Below, one piece after another: positions 1 through 14,745 of a stretch of DNA of 64,000 bases. The translations under genes were made by a program, and so were the position numbers. Source of the stretch: Octopus vulgaris. Lineage: Eukaryota. A model generated the notes under the pieces. The model had not been told where the DNA came from. It searched no databases and saw only the letters and a program-made list of their open reading frames with translations. The stretch spans positions 36,084,001 through 36,148,000 of the forward strand of contig OX597831.1 in the NCBI GenBank assembly GCA_951406725.2, in the 5' to 3' direction. Numbering within the stretch: the stretch's first letter is position 1; each line of letters opens with the position of its first letter.

Positions 1-448
1 CAGTCCACTCAGCTGGCAAAAATGAGTAGTACCTATACTTCAAAGGACCAACCTTGTCACATTCTTTGTCATGCTGTATCTCCCTGACAATTCCATTAAG
101 GGCATGCGTGTCTGTGGTGTACTCAGGCTGTTCTGTTGATCAAATCAACTGGAATCCTCGTCATTATAACCGAAGGTGTGCCCAGTTATTTGAGAGGAAA
201 AAAAAAAAACCCCAGAAAGAAACCTAGATGGATATGAACTCAGGACTGTAAAATGAAAGGTAATCATTATCTTCAGTCTGTCTGTATGTCCTTCTTTATC
301 CACGTCATCCCTACCATCATATCTACTTCCCACAACTCATCTACTCATCAATATTAATGTAATTCTTGATAATAAAGTGTCTTGAAGACAAGGAAAGTAT
401 CCGTGCATGTGAGTATGTCTTTTGTGTGTGTGTGTGTGTGTGGTGTGT

Positions 449-504
<56 letters not shown>

Positions 505-1594
505 TGTGAGTACATATATAAAAGAAGATGGAAAGTGATATTGAGAAAAGGCAATATTTACTTTCAGGGACCAATAATCAGAACTGTGTTTGAAGTTGTA
601 TCAGAATTTAATCAATTTCCTTGCATATTTATTCAAAGAAAATTGTATTCCAATAATAATAATAATAATTGTATTCCAATAATAATAATAATAATAATAA
701 TAAAAAGTCACTGCATATTTATATGAGAGATTGAATATATCTTACTTATATATCACTTGTTTAACTGTGTTGTTGTTTTTTACTAGGCAATAGTTTGTAG
801 TAGTAGTAGTAGTAGTAGTAGTAGTAATAGTAGTAGTTGTTGTTGTTATTGCCCTCTTTAAGTACAGAGAGATGACAACTTAATGGTAGAATCTTTGGCA
901 TGATTTTTATGCAATTTTTATCGTTGTTGGTGTAGCTGCTTAGTTCCAGATCATCCCCGATGGAGTAGACCTATGATCAAAGATATTCCAGCAGTAAGCA
1001 TTCCGACATTATTTTATCTTTAATCATAATACTTCTTTTAAGATGGTAGTGTGTAGTATGCAGAGATAGGAAGATTGGACTACTATTTCTAGCAAATCCA
1101 GTGAACATGTACTGGCTTTGTCACTAGATCAGGCAGGCTTTCTCAGGGTATCTGAGTTCTAAAAGCTGTCTATTATGTCATGTCAGGTGCATGAAAACAG
1201 ATTCATTAGTGTCTGTTCCCTGACTATTAATTGAATATATCTTGCATTTTAGCATCCTTACAGCTTCTATATAAACAAAACTGTTATTACAGATATTCAG
1301 CCATAAACTGAATGTCTGTATGTTTAACCATTTTTGAGAGAGGCAGTGTAATATTTGTGGATAAACTGATTGTGATTCCTTGCAGTATCCAAAAAGGGAG
1401 GCAATTTAATATATTTTTGTCTTGCAAGCAACCTGGTGACCCTGTTAGTGCAGGTGCCACTTAAAAAGCATCCAGTCCATGCTGTAAAATGGTTGGCATT
1501 TGGAAGGGCATCCAGCTGTAAAAACCTTGCCAAAAACTGACCTTGCCAGTGTTGGTGCCATGTAAACAGCACTAAAGCCACTCTGAAATATTTT

Positions 1595-1993
1595 GAGGAG
1601 GGGGGATGGTTGATTAAATTGATCCCATTATGCAACTGGTACTTAATTTTTTGACCTTTAAAGGATGAAAAGCAAAGTCAACCTTGGCAGAATTTGAACT
1701 TAGAATTTAAAGACAGACAATATATTGCTATGCATTTCACCAAGCATGCTAATGTTTCTTATTTCGTTGTTGCCCACAAGGAGCTAAACATAGAGGGGAC
1801 AAACAAGGACAGACAAAGGGATTAAGTTGATTTCATCGACCCCAGTGTGTAACTACTACTTAATTTCTCGATCCCGAAAGGATGAAAGGCAAAGTCAACC
1901 TCGGCAGAATTTGAACTCAGAACGTAATGGCAGATGAAATACCGCTAAGAATTTCGCCTGGCATGCTAACATTTCTGCCAGCTTGCTACCTTA
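1595..1993 (-). mobile_element. SINE family B (Nin-domain-like), dimeric
   Basis: Two copies of rc(GAGTTCAAATT..GCCGAGGT.GACTTTGCCTTTCATCCTTTCGGG.TCGA). Confidence 0.8.
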
Positions 1994-3074
1994 CCATACT
2001 AGATAATTTAACAAAGCAATGATAAGGTTAAAATATACAGCTTGATTGTTAATTAGATAATTGGTTCAATTTCTACATAAATATATATTCTTACTTGGAA
2101 GAATATATATGTCAGTTGGCAAAAATCATTAGAATATCAGATAACATTGCACTCATTGTTCTAGTTAAGTGCATTGTGAATTCAAATGCCACAGAAGTCA
2201 ACTTCACACTTTTCTCTTTTGGGGGTTGATAAGTAAATGTCCAATTTCTGGGTTTGGTTTCTCTCTCGCTCTACCCCTCCTTTTCTCTCTCCTCCCCTTT
2301 TGATTTGCTCTGAGGTAGTCATGGATGTCATCTGTATTCTCTTTACTCCAATAAACAGAATTTTGCAATTTTTTTCTTGCATGAAGTATGTTACAAAAGC
2401 TGTGCAAAGAAGCCATAAAATTCTGTAGAGTTTGTTGTTAATGGCTCTATGTTAATAAAATTAATTGTAAAGATACTATAATATATTAAAAGAATTAATC
2501 CAGTGTTAAGTGAAAAGTAATTATTATGAAACCTAGATCAGCAAAATTTATGATTTTCATGATGAAGGCAAGAAAGTCTCAAGAGAGGAGAAACGAGAAC
2601 TTGCAGTATTTGGCTTTTATCAACCAGTATTAGAGCAAATGTCAATAGTACAATGAGATTAGGACAGTTAAAATTAGTAGTACAATAAAAGAAGTTATTG
2701 TATTGGAGATTCAAAAGTCATGGATGTTACAGACTGAATTCACAAAGAATTTACTAATGTACAATGTATAAAAAGAGCAAATGAAAACAAGAGCCTGGGG
2801 ATACTGTTTGTTCAGAAATATCCTAATGGTTTAAACAGTTTAACAATTCAGTAGAGTCTGCTGACTAGACTAACATAGAACTTATAAACCAATGAAGAAA
2901 CTTTAACATGTTCACTTGATGTGCTAGACATAGCAGCCACATCTCTTGTAAAACAGACAGTGCCGTACGGAAAATAAACAAAGGGGACACACTGGTTAAT
3001 AGGGACATGCCTAACATAACATATAGGGAAAAAAATTAGTCAGTATCTATTTTAGTTTTTGTTATTTTGTTTGT

Positions 3075-3405
3075 TTTAGTCATTAGACTGCGGCCATGCT
3101 GGGGCACTACCTTGAAGAATTTTTAGTTGAATGAATTAACCCCAGTATGTCTTGTATTTGTTTTAAAAACCTGTTACTTGTTGTATCGATCTCTTTTGCC
3201 AAACTGCTAAGTTATGGAGACATAAACACATCAACACACATAGATATACATATGTACACAATGGGCTTCTTTCAGTTTCCATCCACCAAATCCACTCACA
3301 AGGCTTTGGTCAGCCTGAGGCTACAGGAGAAGACACTTGCCCAAAATGCTGTGCAGTAGGACTGAACCCAGAACCATGTGGTTGGGAAGCAAGCTCCTTA
3401 CCATA
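3075..3405 (-). mobile_element. tRNA-derived SINE, family A (diverged)
   Basis: Reverse complement of the family A consensus exemplified at 7974-8375. Confidence 0.8.
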
Positions 3406-3939
3406 TGATCAAGATTGGAATGCATTTTATCATAGACTTACTCTACCAGATACTAAACAGCGCCAATCAACAACAAGGATAAGAGAGCATGTGTGTTCTA
3501 ACACTGGCATCTGTATATGGTCATTTGACTGGTTACACACATTCAACGAACGTTTCTCAGATCACATCCTATTCTTTGTAAAGGAAGAGAACCACCCTTT
3601 TTGGGAGGTAGAAATATGTTGCTTTTCTTCTTGTCTGCCTCTTCTTCGACAAACTCTTCTTATAAAGAAACACTCTTTTTTGCAACACGCCACTATCACG
3701 CTGTCACAGAATGTATCCGATTCCTTTTCCAAACCTGCCAGTGACCTAGTAACATTAGCAAAACTACTTTTAGTGCTATTAATGTTATTAACAAAAGTTT
3801 CCGTTGGCAAAATGTGTGTGGGAATGCATGTATGTTTGTGTGCATGCGTGTGCATGCATGCATACATGTTTGTGAATGTGTATAATAGAGATGTTGCTGC
3901 TAACAAATGCCATTGGTACTGGTCCAAGAAATACTTGTT

Positions 3940-4317
3940 ACTTTTTTACTCTCTTTTATTGGTTTCAGTCATTTGACTGTGGCCATGCTGGAGCACCGCC
4001 TTTATAGTCAAGCAAATCAACCCCAGAGCTTATTTTTTGTAAACCTGGTACTTATTCTATCAGTCTCTTTTGCTGAACCGCTAAGTTACGGGGACGTAAA
4101 CACACCAGCATCAGTTGCCAAGCGATGCTGGGGGGACAAACATACACACACACACACACATATATATACGACGGGCTTCTTCCAGTTTCCGTCTTCCAAA
4201 TCCACTTACAAGGCTTTGGTCGGCCCGAGGCTATAGTAGAAGACGCTTGCTCAAGGTGCCATGCAGTGGGACTGAACCCGGAACCATATGGTCAGTAAGC
4301 TAGCTACTTACCACACA
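3940..4317 (-). mobile_element. tRNA-derived SINE, family A
   Basis: Near full-length reverse complement of 7974-8375. Confidence 0.88.
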
Positions 4318-5088
4318 GGTCATTAATTTTTTCAAAAGTGTATGTGCTTTATTGTAAAACGTTCTTTTCCATTTTTTTTTCCTGTTTGTTATCCTTGTTT
4401 ACAATGCCTTTCTTTGAAAGGATATTACACCTGTGTCTAATAGCATGACTGAATGAATGCAAACAAGAAACAAAATGAAAAAGCTTTGTTAAGAAAATGT
4501 CTTGTTTTTCTTCGAACATGTTTCATCCCCTCATCCATAAAAAAAAACTCCCACTTCTCAATGCAAACAACTCCGTATGATTCCGTAGAGAAATAAACAC
4601 TTAGTTGTTAGATAATATCAACAAATTGTAAATTCAAAACAGAAGCTACCCACAAACACATCCTACTTTCCACTGCCCCCAAGGGTGGGGGGCAATATTG
4701 CCCACTTTGGGAACCACTGTTTAACAGTTCTACAAGCTTGCTGCCTAATGGATTCAAATTTTGGGACAACGCCAGCAATTTTGATGGGATGTGAAAAGGT
4801 GATTACATGAACCCCAGTAATTTACTAGTACCATATATTTTAACTTTTACCTGCTTCAGTCATTAGACTGTGGCCATTCAGTCTGAATCTAAGATAGAAG
4901 ACACTTGCCCAAGGTGTCATGCAGTGGGACTGAACCCAGAACCATGTGGTTTGGAAGCAAACTTCTTACCACACAGCCATAAATAACTATTTTATTATAC
5001 TTTCTATAAATCTGCCAGAATTCGAATTGAGAATGTAAACCAACAAAACAAAATAATAATTATGTCTGGTGTTTTACTGCTTTTGCAG

Positions 5089-5141
5089 ATCTTCATCTTC
5101 AACCTCCTCCTTATGCCAATGAGAATTGTAATGCTTTTTAA
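5089..5141 (+). CDS. Candidate terminal coding exon of an unidentified upstream gene
   Basis: Good acceptor ttttactgcttttgcag. One frame gives LHLQPPPYANENCNAF*; another stays open to 5292. AT-rich UTR-like sequence follows, with AATAAA at ~6820. No homology recognised. Confidence 0.3.
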
Positions 5142-5379
5142 ATGGTTAACTGATTCAGTGTACTGCGATAGTTTAAGATTACTAAAACTATTTTCCTTAA
5201 AAAAATTATCTACGAAAACAAAATCACCCAAAATTCAAACCAAAATGAAGCAAAATATTTCTGATTGTGAATCTACATTGGAAGATGTGTGAGATATTAA
5301 TAAAATAATGGCTTTACATAAATTTCTCAAAGGAGGCAAAACATAAAGAGTTATGTAGATAGACACACACATATATAAA

Positions 5380-5406
5380 TATATCTGCACACATACATAC
5401 ATATAT

Positions 5407-5439
<33 letters not shown>

Positions 5440-5493
5440 CACACATACATATATATAAGCACACACATGCATATATACATATATATGTGTGTG

Positions 5494-5525
<32 letters not shown>

Positions 5526-5740
5526 AGTTTATATGTATATATAAGTATATATGTATATATATAAGTGTATATGTATATATAAGTATATATGTGTGTGTAT
5601 ATATGTGTATATATGTATATATAAGTTTATATGTATATATAAGTGTATATGTATATATAAGTATATATGTATATATAAGTGTATATGTATATATAAGTAT
5701 ATATGTATATATATATATACATACATATATATATATATAT
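5380..5740. repeat. (TA)n-derived microsatellite and minisatellite (~18 bp unit ATAAGT(A/G/T)TATATGTATAT)
   Basis: Direct inspection. Confidence 0.9.
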
Positions 5741-6909
5741 CAATCAGTGTATACAGGCAAGTGCTTCATGTGATTTTGACTCAAACCTTCTAAAATAGTC
5801 TGTATCCCCTTCGCCCTGTCACACTAGATAAAACTAATGAACAAACAAAAGAAAACCCAAAAAGCAAAGACAAAAACAAAAACAAAAACAAAGATACATA
5901 GAAATGAAATATAATAATAAAAAAAAAACATAATAACTACAAATTTCCAAATAAGACGAATGATGAAAGCTAAAAATTAAGAAGTTGGAAATTAAATTAT
6001 TCTTTCAAAATGTTAGTTTGCTATAAAATAATGATTCCAAGATGTAATGAAAAAATACCTTGCAGCCGTAACCCAGTAAGATTAACAATTGTTGTTATAT
6101 GATTGTTTTAACGTGTGTTTTTGTTGTGCTAATTTTATTTCTCTATTTTCTTTATTTTCTTTGGGGTATTTTTGTGTGTGTGTGTTTATTTTTAACCTTT
6201 CTCTTTCTGACTTACATTTGATGAAATGCTGAAATTAAAACTTACAGTTTCTTTAATTATTGTTTATCACTTTAAAATAGAACTTTTAATAGCAGAAACC
6301 TAAGATGTAGCATATTCCGTTTAATTTTATAAAACAGTACACATAAGTGGAAAACTTACAAATAATGATGACAACAGGAACATTTTTGCTCTTTTTTTTT
6401 TGTTTTCTGTTTTTGTTTTTATTCTTTGGAGATAATTATTTTGGTTCTAGGATACAAGAAGGGTTGTAATCGCATGATGAGGTTTAAGGAAAGGAATACA
6501 AACAAAATTAAAGACAAGCTGGGATTTAAAAATAATAAACAGAGAGGAAAAATTTATCATCAATATATTTTAAGGTTTTATTGATAGCAAAAGACAAAGA
6601 AAATACTGGCTGATGTCATAAATCTATAATGGCGCTATATTTATTCAGTTATTTCACACTTCATTCACTCTTTGTGTTCGTATTTTATTAAATTTGTTCA
6701 AAATGGATGGTTGGTTTAAAAGTACCTCTTAGCATTAATTCTTTGTGTATTTTAATTCTGATTCCAGTTTACATTAAGACGTCCAAAGTGATTCTTCAAT
6801 GTCACCAACAAACAGAATTAATAAACAAATATATAACAGTGTTTCAGTCTTGGAAAAGCAGTTAAAACTATTGATTTCTTATTGTCAGATATGGCAAAGA
6901 GAGAAAGAG

Positions 6910-6976
<67 letters not shown>

Positions 6977-7538
6977 ATCAAATATAGAGGAGCATAATGA
7001 GGTTGTGATTTTAGTTAATGCATATCAAAGATGATGGAATGGGGAATCAGCTTAACTGGTTTCAAATGGTAAACACAGATCGTCTAAGAGACAATGAGAA
7101 AGCTCCTACATGCTTGCATGAATAGGAAGAAATAGCAGCCACACTTCCCTCAAATGACCAAACTTCTTTAAAACTTCTTTCAAAAAAATGAAAGAAAAAT
7201 GATATCCATATTAAAATGAAACAATTTAAGGTTATTCCTCTTCTTTTTCTAAGCATTATTCAATGTAACTAGATTATTTAATGTGCCTTTCATTTACAAG
7301 AATTTGTGGGTGCAATTTGTTGGAACATTTCGTTACTATTTCTTGGAGGTGAAGCGACCAGGCTGGAGGCCTAAGATCAGTTGATTTATACTGGTGTTGC
7401 TTTCATTGTTAACTGTTTATTTTATTGTTAATCTTCACAATCATCAATGCTAACCAAATATATTTATAACTCTCTGTCTATGTATGTATGTATCTCTCTC
7501 TCTCTCTCTAAATATATATATTTATATATATATATATA

Positions 7539-7880
7539 TTGGGTCATCCCATAAATAATGTGGTTGTTTTTTACTTCTTTTATTTTTCAAAATTAATATA
7601 AACAAGGTTCTTTTTTAATCTGAAATATACTCTCCTTCATTTTCTACAATGCTCTTCCATCTATCTTGTAGACTTGCAAGGCTCCTCTTTCAAATTTCAC
7701 TAATCCGTGACAAAAAATACTTCTCCAGGACTGTTCTCACCCTGTCTACAGAATTCATATTTTTTCCGTCCAGATGGAGCAATGTCTGGTGAATATGGTG
7801 GGTGGGCATCATTTCCCATTAGAACTGCTCAACCCTTATGGAATACCATTCTTGGTGTATGTGGCTGAGCATTATTCTGA
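7539..7880 (-). pseudogene. Mariner transposase 3' remnant with TIR
   Basis: Minus strand HPPYSPDIA and HLDGKNMNSVDRVRTVLEKYF...LQDRWKSIVENEGEY. TIR-like TTGGGTCATCCCATAAATAATG next to (TA)n. Confidence 0.8.
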
Positions 7881-7973
7881 TATATATATAAATATATTTA
7901 TACACACACACATACTCATATATATATATTTATGGAAAGCGGATGTTAAACGATGATGATGATGATAATGACA

Positions 7974-8375
7974 CAGGAGTGGCTGTGTGGTAAGTAGCTT
8001 GCTAACCAACCACATGGTTCCGGGTTCAGTCCCACTGTGTGGCATCTTGGGCAAGTGTCTTCTGCTATAGCCCCGGGCCAACCAATGCCTTGTGAGTGGA
8101 TTTGGTAGACAGAGACTGAAAGAAGCCCATCGTATATATGTATATGTGTGTATGTGTTTGTGTGTCTGTGTTTGTCCCCCCAGCATTGCTTGACAACCGA
8201 TGCTGGTGTGTTTACGTCCCCGTTACTTAGCGGTTCGGCAAAAGAGACCGATAGAATAAGTACTGGGCTTACAAAGAATAAGTCTCGGGGTCGATTTGCT
8301 CGACTAAAGGTGGTGCTCTAGCATGGCCACAGTCAAAATGACTGAAACATGTAATAGATTAAAGAGTAAAAGAGT
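7974..8375 (+). mobile_element. tRNA-derived SINE, family A
   Basis: Head TGGCTGTGTGGTAAG...GGTTCAGTCCC (A/B-box-like), CCTTGGGCAAGTG-type core, internal (TA/TG)n, tail ...GACTGAAAC...(AAAGAGT)n; more than 10 copies in the window. Confidence 0.9.
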
Positions 8376-8559
8376 ATATAATGAAGCAAAATTGATCAAA
8401 TATTGAAATGTTAATGTCATTAGAGGTTGCTAGTAAGATTATTTTTTCAGGTTATTAATTTGATTGCTAGCAATTAAATAGTTTTTAAACATTTACATTG
8501 GTATTATGTTTTAATTGGTTTGTTCTCCGATCGCAACCAAACATATTATTTGTGGAAAT

Positions 8560-8810
8560 GTACATGATGCCATACTGGATCCAAACAAAGAACCCTACTC
8601 TTGGTGTAGCACTGATGAACTTTTATTAGCTTGGAGTACTGAGTTCAGATCATTCTTTTGAAATTATGTAGGCAGGAGTGGGCTCCATCATGTTGGCTTG
8701 ATTAAAGGCTATCTCCATAATTTAATGGGATAAAGAACTCTCCACATCTGGTGTTTAATATGAAAATACAATGCAGGTGCTACCAGGCCAGTGAACCCCA
8801 CCTCTCCTCA
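8560..8810 (-). pseudogene. Possible old LINE C-terminal remnant
   Basis: Weak similarity (PDVESSLSH) to the RP..EY...W region downstream of LINE RT; very decayed. Confidence 0.25.
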
Positions 8811-9674
8811 CTGAAACCAAATATAGCTAAATTGTAGTATAAGTACTATGTTCATATTTTGCTATCTCTGCCAAGATAATAATTCAACCAAAACAGTTCC
8901 TAATTAAATTAAAAGAGTGAATGCCCTAATTGCTATTTGGTAAACTACCAAGATTTGACTTTCCAACACATGTAGTTTCCTTTAGGTGAAATAAAGTATG
9001 AAAACTTTAGCAACACTTGAAATTTAGAATCAATATTTTTTCCCTTATCCTTCAATGTTTTTGGTATGAGAGCAACGACTGTAGAACAACAATAATGTGT
9101 TCCTTATAAGATGAAAGCGTTGGAAAGAGAGGACGGAAGAGGGAAATTGGGAGAGTGTAAGAAAGAAACAATGGGAAAATATGTGAGGAAGGAAATTGTG
9201 TGTATGATTCAGAAAAAGAGTAGGAAAATGATAAAGATGGTGACAATATAAGAAAGAGGAGGAGAAGAATCTGTGAGAGAAAGAGATGGCTGTATGCCCG
9301 CATGTGTGCACACACGCATAAACACACAAACGAAAATCTGTTAAGAAAGCTATGCATTCATAATTCATAATGTCATTTCAAATCCATGGGGCATTAAAGT
9401 TATCAGTTATGTTGCAACAAGAGAAATAGTTTTCGAGTGAAAAGAATACATTTAAAAGAAATCAGTTCGTTGTAGTGAACTGAGTTGGCAAGAAAATAAT
9501 GGTATGGATCAACAAAAACTTTACTTCTGGGACAGAACAACGCTCTCTTCGAAGCACCTCATTGCAGGACATACACAAATATGTCTATCCGTCTATCTAA
9601 CTATAAAATGATGTTCATAGCATTTTGCAATGTATAGATAAATGCAAGTGGGCGTTTATATATATATATATATC

Positions 9675-9723
<49 letters not shown>

Positions 9724-9766
9724 GTGTATGTTCAAATATAAAATAGTAGCAGCGCTAGTGTAATAT

Positions 9767-9938
9767 ACATTATCAAGTACGTATACTTAATGTACATCCC
9801 CTGTGTATTTGTCGTCAGGCTGCGATTTGGCGGCATTAACACCTGGCTTTTGAGGCAGTGTTCTCTGTTATGCCATAGCGCAGCCTACAGGCAAATACAC
9901 GTAGCATATATACATTAAGTATATGTTGTAGATAATGT
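9767..9938. repeat. Imperfect hairpin (MITE-like)
   Basis: acattatc..tacttaatgta..gtgtatttg..aggctgcg pairs with cgcagcct..caaatacac..tacattaagta..gataatgt. Confidence 0.65.
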
Positions 9939-10199
9939 TTACACACACACACACACACACACATTAATCGATGTGTACAGTATTATACATTCATTTTGTC
10001 GTACCAACAGAACCCGTTCTCCACCAGTTCTCCATCTTTGGCTCTTTCACCACTAAAACCTGACAACCCGTTAATCAGTGTATCAAAAATATACACAAAC
10101 GAACACACAGATCCCAAAGATGGAGCCTTGTATCTTTGTTGGAAACCGGCTCCCTCCACAGTGGAAGATTTGTAATAATTAAAAAATAGAAGACATGCA

Positions 10200-10354
10200 C
10201 ACACACACATACATACATATATATATACATACATACATACATACATACATACATACATAAATACATACATACATACATACATGCATGCATGCATACATAC
10301 ATACATACATACATACATACATACATACATACATACATACATACATACATACAT
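10200..10354. repeat. (TACA)n microsatellite
   Basis: Direct inspection. Confidence 0.95.
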
Positions 10355-11408
10355 AAGTGTTTGTGCGTTTGCACGCGTGTGTATGTGAGTGCAAATGTAC
10401 AACTGTATATTTATTCATCCAGTCGTGAGTACATACAAACATACGCACATACAATCATAACCGAGAAGGAAGGCAAGTTCTTTCTGTTCTGTTAGCTTTA
10501 AGAAGTTTTCACGGATTGATCTTCGAAATCAGTAAAAATCATTTGTTTGATATTGCAACGGAAAATATTATTTAAGACTGTTATTGTGACATTGTGAAAT
10601 ATCGTTAACCGTTCTAGTTGATGCTGGTTCCAGTTTACACGGTGTTTTTTAGGGTTTGTTTTTCTAGTTTATACGAGATACAAGCAAATGCTTTCTCGTT
10701 TCCGTTTGGTTCTTCGTTGGTTTGATTTTGCATTTCATTTGGTTTTTCTTTATGGTGTTGGTATATTCTAATTAAAGGCGTCTCTTCCCAATCTGTAATT
10801 GGACCTGTGTATCTTACGTTGCTTTTTTGGATGCGTTTTTTTTTTTAATGTGTCTATAATTATTTTGTATCTCTACTGGTGATTTTCGTGCTGTTTTAAT
10901 TCTGTAAACTTTGTTGATTCTGTTTCTTGGTTGAAGCATTTCCATTCTGTATTCTTGTTCTTCAATTCTCCCCCACCACCGAAATTGTGTGTTTTCTTTC
11001 TTTCTATTTATATGGGAATATACTGTGATAATATGTGATATGTGGTCTAAGGGAAGTTAGGGGATTATTTGTCAAGTAATTGTGGTAGTTAGGTGTGTAG
11101 AGTAGAACGTGATGTCAGTAGATAGGTTGGTGCTGCTGGCTTCGTGAAGTAGGTGTATGTGCTGGTGAGAAATGTTTAGGATGTGAAGGGATGCTGCTTA
11201 TGTTGACATGATGTAACTTCTCTTGTAATCTATAGAATTCAAGCTTGTCTGTGAAAGCTATATATTTCTTTGGAAACATCACTAATGAGGCTACTGCTGT
11301 GGAATTAATGATTGGACACAACTCAACTTATGTCAGGTGCATGTTAAGACAGATAAGTTAGATACAATTTCAAAAATATGTTAATTGTATGTTTATATAT
11401 ATATATAA

Positions 11409-11546
11409 GCGCAGGTGTGGCTGTGTGATAAGAACCTTGCTTCTCATCCAGGTGGTTCTGGGTTCAGTGCGTGGCACTGCGCAGCACTTTAGGCAAGTGT
11501 CTTCTACTATAGCCTCGGGTCGACCAAAGTCAAGCCTATCATATAC

Positions 11547-11597
<51 letters not shown>

Positions 11598-11822
11598 TAC
11601 ACACATATATAAATGTGTGTGTGTGTGTGTGTTAGTTCCCCCACCATCACCGGTGTTGGTGTTCTTTGATCTCCGTAAACTAGCGGTTCGGCAAAAGAGA
11701 CGGCTAGAATAAATACTAGGCTTTAAAAATAAGTCCTGGGGCCGATTTGTTCGACTAAAACACTTCAAGGCGGTGCTACAGTAGGGCCGAAGTCAAATGA
11801 CTCTGAAACAAGTAAAAGAATA
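11409..11822 (+). mobile_element. tRNA-derived SINE, family A
   Basis: Same head, core and tail as 7974-8375. Confidence 0.85.
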
Positions 11823-11823
11823 A

Positions 11824-11891
<68 letters not shown>

Positions 11892-12036
11892 GTATGTATA
11901 TACATATATATATATATGTATATATACATACATATATAAATATATATGTATATATATAAATATATGTATATATATTTATGTATATATGCATATACGTATA
12001 AATATATGTATATTTGTGTATATATATATGTATATG

Positions 12037-12265
12037 TGGAGGCGCAATGGCCTAGTGGTTAGGGCAGCGGACTCGCGGTCGTAGGATCGCGGTTTCGATT
12101 CCCAGAGCGGGCGTTGTGAGTTTTTATTGAGCGAAAACACCTAAAACTCCACGAGGCTCCGGCAGGGGTGGGTGGCGATCCCTGCTGTACTCTTTCGCCG
12201 TCATTTGAAGTGCATTGTGACCAGCGATGTGTAACAACATCTGATAGCCTGGTCGGTCACGGTGA
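12037..12265 (+). mobile_element. tRNA-derived SINE, family C
   Basis: TGGCCTAGTGGTTAGGGCAGCGGACTCGCGG...GGTTTCGATTCCC (A and B boxes), then TTGAGCGAAAACACCTAAA. Confidence 0.88.
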
Positions 12266-12275
12266 CATATGTATA

Positions 12276-12318
<43 letters not shown>

Positions 12319-12344
12319 ATATATATGTAATTGTATATATAACG

Positions 12345-12560
12345 GGAAGCTTTATGAAAATAAACAAAAGACGAAGGCAGGTGGAATACAAACAAACAGT
12401 TGTATTAGTATGGCGCCCAGGAATATAAATAAAACAAGTCTTTTACGTTTCGAGCCGACGCTCTTCAACAGAAAGATACACAGAAAAGAAACACAGAAAG
12501 AAACAAGGAGAGAAAAAAATGCGTGCAGAGGCTAGCGAATCAACATGGTGATCTGATTTC
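12345..12560 (-). mobile_element. Short repeat with HHR-like motif (CUGUUGA core) at 12439-12476
   Basis: tcttt CTGTTGA a gagc-gtcg-gctc GAAAC GTA aaaga. Homologous to copies at ~25.1, 51.2 and 55.9 kb. Confidence 0.65.
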
Positions 12561-12783
12561 GGCCAGAAGTCAAAGATCAAACGTGAGACGCAAGAGCGAA
12601 ATTAGGGGAGATAATAGGGTTAAATGACCTCGCCCCAACATAAGAGTGTGTGTGTGTATGAGAGGGTCTGGACGTGTGTATGTATATATGATGTGATGTG
12701 TAAAGTCGTATGGTGTAGTGTAGAGAGAGGAGATGAGGGGGAGAGGGGAGGAGGAGGGATGATGTGTAAAGTCATATGGTGTA

Positions 12784-12829
<46 letters not shown>

Positions 12830-13819
12830 GGAACAAAAACAATAGTGGACAATTAAACATCCGGAAAATAGACAAGAGAAACAACAATCAGAAGGATAAG
12901 GAAAAAAGGACGGGCCATTCGTGGCCTTCGTTCTTCAGTCAAGTTACCAGATATCGTTAGCGTTTCGGGCAGTTATACATGAGACAGTTCGAACTGGTTG
13001 CCCCACTAAAGGTCTCAGCATTGGATCTTTTTGTAAGAAAGCTAGCGAATGTGTACGGCAAAAGGACAAAAGCCGGAGAACATAGTATACAATTACAAAT
13101 ACAGACAACAAGAACATAACAACAGGTGTCTTTCGACTGAGAACGAATCAAATTGAGCTAGCGTGTATGAAGTGAAAGCCTAATGGCAGGAACATAGGCG
13201 ATGGAGATAAGAGGCGTTGATGGTAGGTAGTCAGACCAAGAAAGAAAGATCATGGCTGGCCGGACACTAGTCACGTGGACGGAGGAGAGAGGGGCAGGTG
13301 CTCCAGTATGGCCGCAGTTAAATGACTGAAACAAGTAAAAGAATATACACACACACATATTTGCGAACATGCAGACACATATATGGTTAATATATTAACG
13401 TGTTTTGTGCTGTTGGCATTACTTAAAAACTTGTATTTATAGTGTAGCGTTGTTTCCCATTAGTTTTCGAATGTGATTTGTAATAGCTAAACATTGAAAA
13501 AACATTATTCAGTGCGTATTATAAGTCGCCTGGACCGGGCGACACGTTGTGTTCTTCAGCAAAACACCTCCATTCACGTTGCTCCAGTCCACTCAGCTGG
13601 CAAAAATGAGTAACGCTGCGATGGACTGGCGTCCCGTCCAGCTTGGGAACACATACGCCATAGAAACCGGGAAACCGGGCCCATGAGCTTGGCTAGACTT
13701 TAAAAGGGCGCATTTATTATTATTTTTTTATTTACAGGAGTTAGCTTGGAAGTCTCAAACATGGTTGTTCAATTTGCAAGAAATCGTAGTCAGTTCATTC
13801 ACAAATACTACACTACCAG

Positions 13820-14240
13820 GCGCTGGAGTGGCTGTGTGGTAAGTAGCTTGCTAACCAACCATATGGTTCTGGGTTCAGTCCCACTGCGTGGCATCTTGGG
13901 CAAGTGTCTTCTGCTATAGCCCCGGGCCGACCAATGCCTTGTGAGTGGATTTGGTAGACGGAAACTGAAAGAAGCCTGTCGTATATATGTATATATATAT
14001 GTATGTATACGTATGTGTGTTTGTGTGTCTGTGTTTGTCCCCCTAGGATTGCTTGACAACCGATGCTGGTGTGTTTATGTCCCCGTTACTTAGCGGTTCG
14101 GCAAAAGAGACCGATAGAATAAGTACTGGGCTTACAAAGAATAAGTCCCGGGGTCGAGTTACACGATTAAAGGCGGTGCTCCAGCATGGCCGCAGTCATA
14201 TGACTGAAACAAGTAAAAGAGTAAAAGAGTAAAAGAGTAC
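13820..14240 (+). mobile_element. tRNA-derived SINE, family A (young)
   Basis: Near-identical to 7974-8375; (AAAAGAGT)n tail. Confidence 0.9.
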
Positions 14241-14679
14241 CACTGACAAAAATGGTTAAGCATACAATCGTTCGATTTATGGTTGTCATACCTATAGTAA
14301 CAATTTTGTTTATTTAGAAGACGAAGGTATACTAAAATTATTCAGCATGGTGACAATATTAGCTTCGTACGTGGCAAAGTAAAATGTGTGAAGACATCAA
14401 TATCGTGAAAAAGAAAAAAAAATTATTGCGGTAAGTCGTGATTTCAGTCATTTGTAACGTTTCTTTTCCCTCTCCTATCCATATTCATAATACACAATAA
14501 ATTTCTTAACCTTTTCGTTTAAAGTTACATTCGGTTACTACGTCAGACAGCACTCTACTAAATTCCACATGTGTTTCTACATGCAAACATGTCCTCAGCA
14601 TGTAAACATACAAACAAATTCAAACAGATATATACATATGCACATATATGCATACATGTATACCTATATGTGTACATAA

Positions 14680-14745
<66 letters not shown>

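Noticed and set aside
12037-12110. tRNA-like sequences with A and B boxes (also at 26849, 35378 and elsewhere)
   Set aside because: They are SINE heads: no complete acceptor stem, and they continue into shared SINE bodies.
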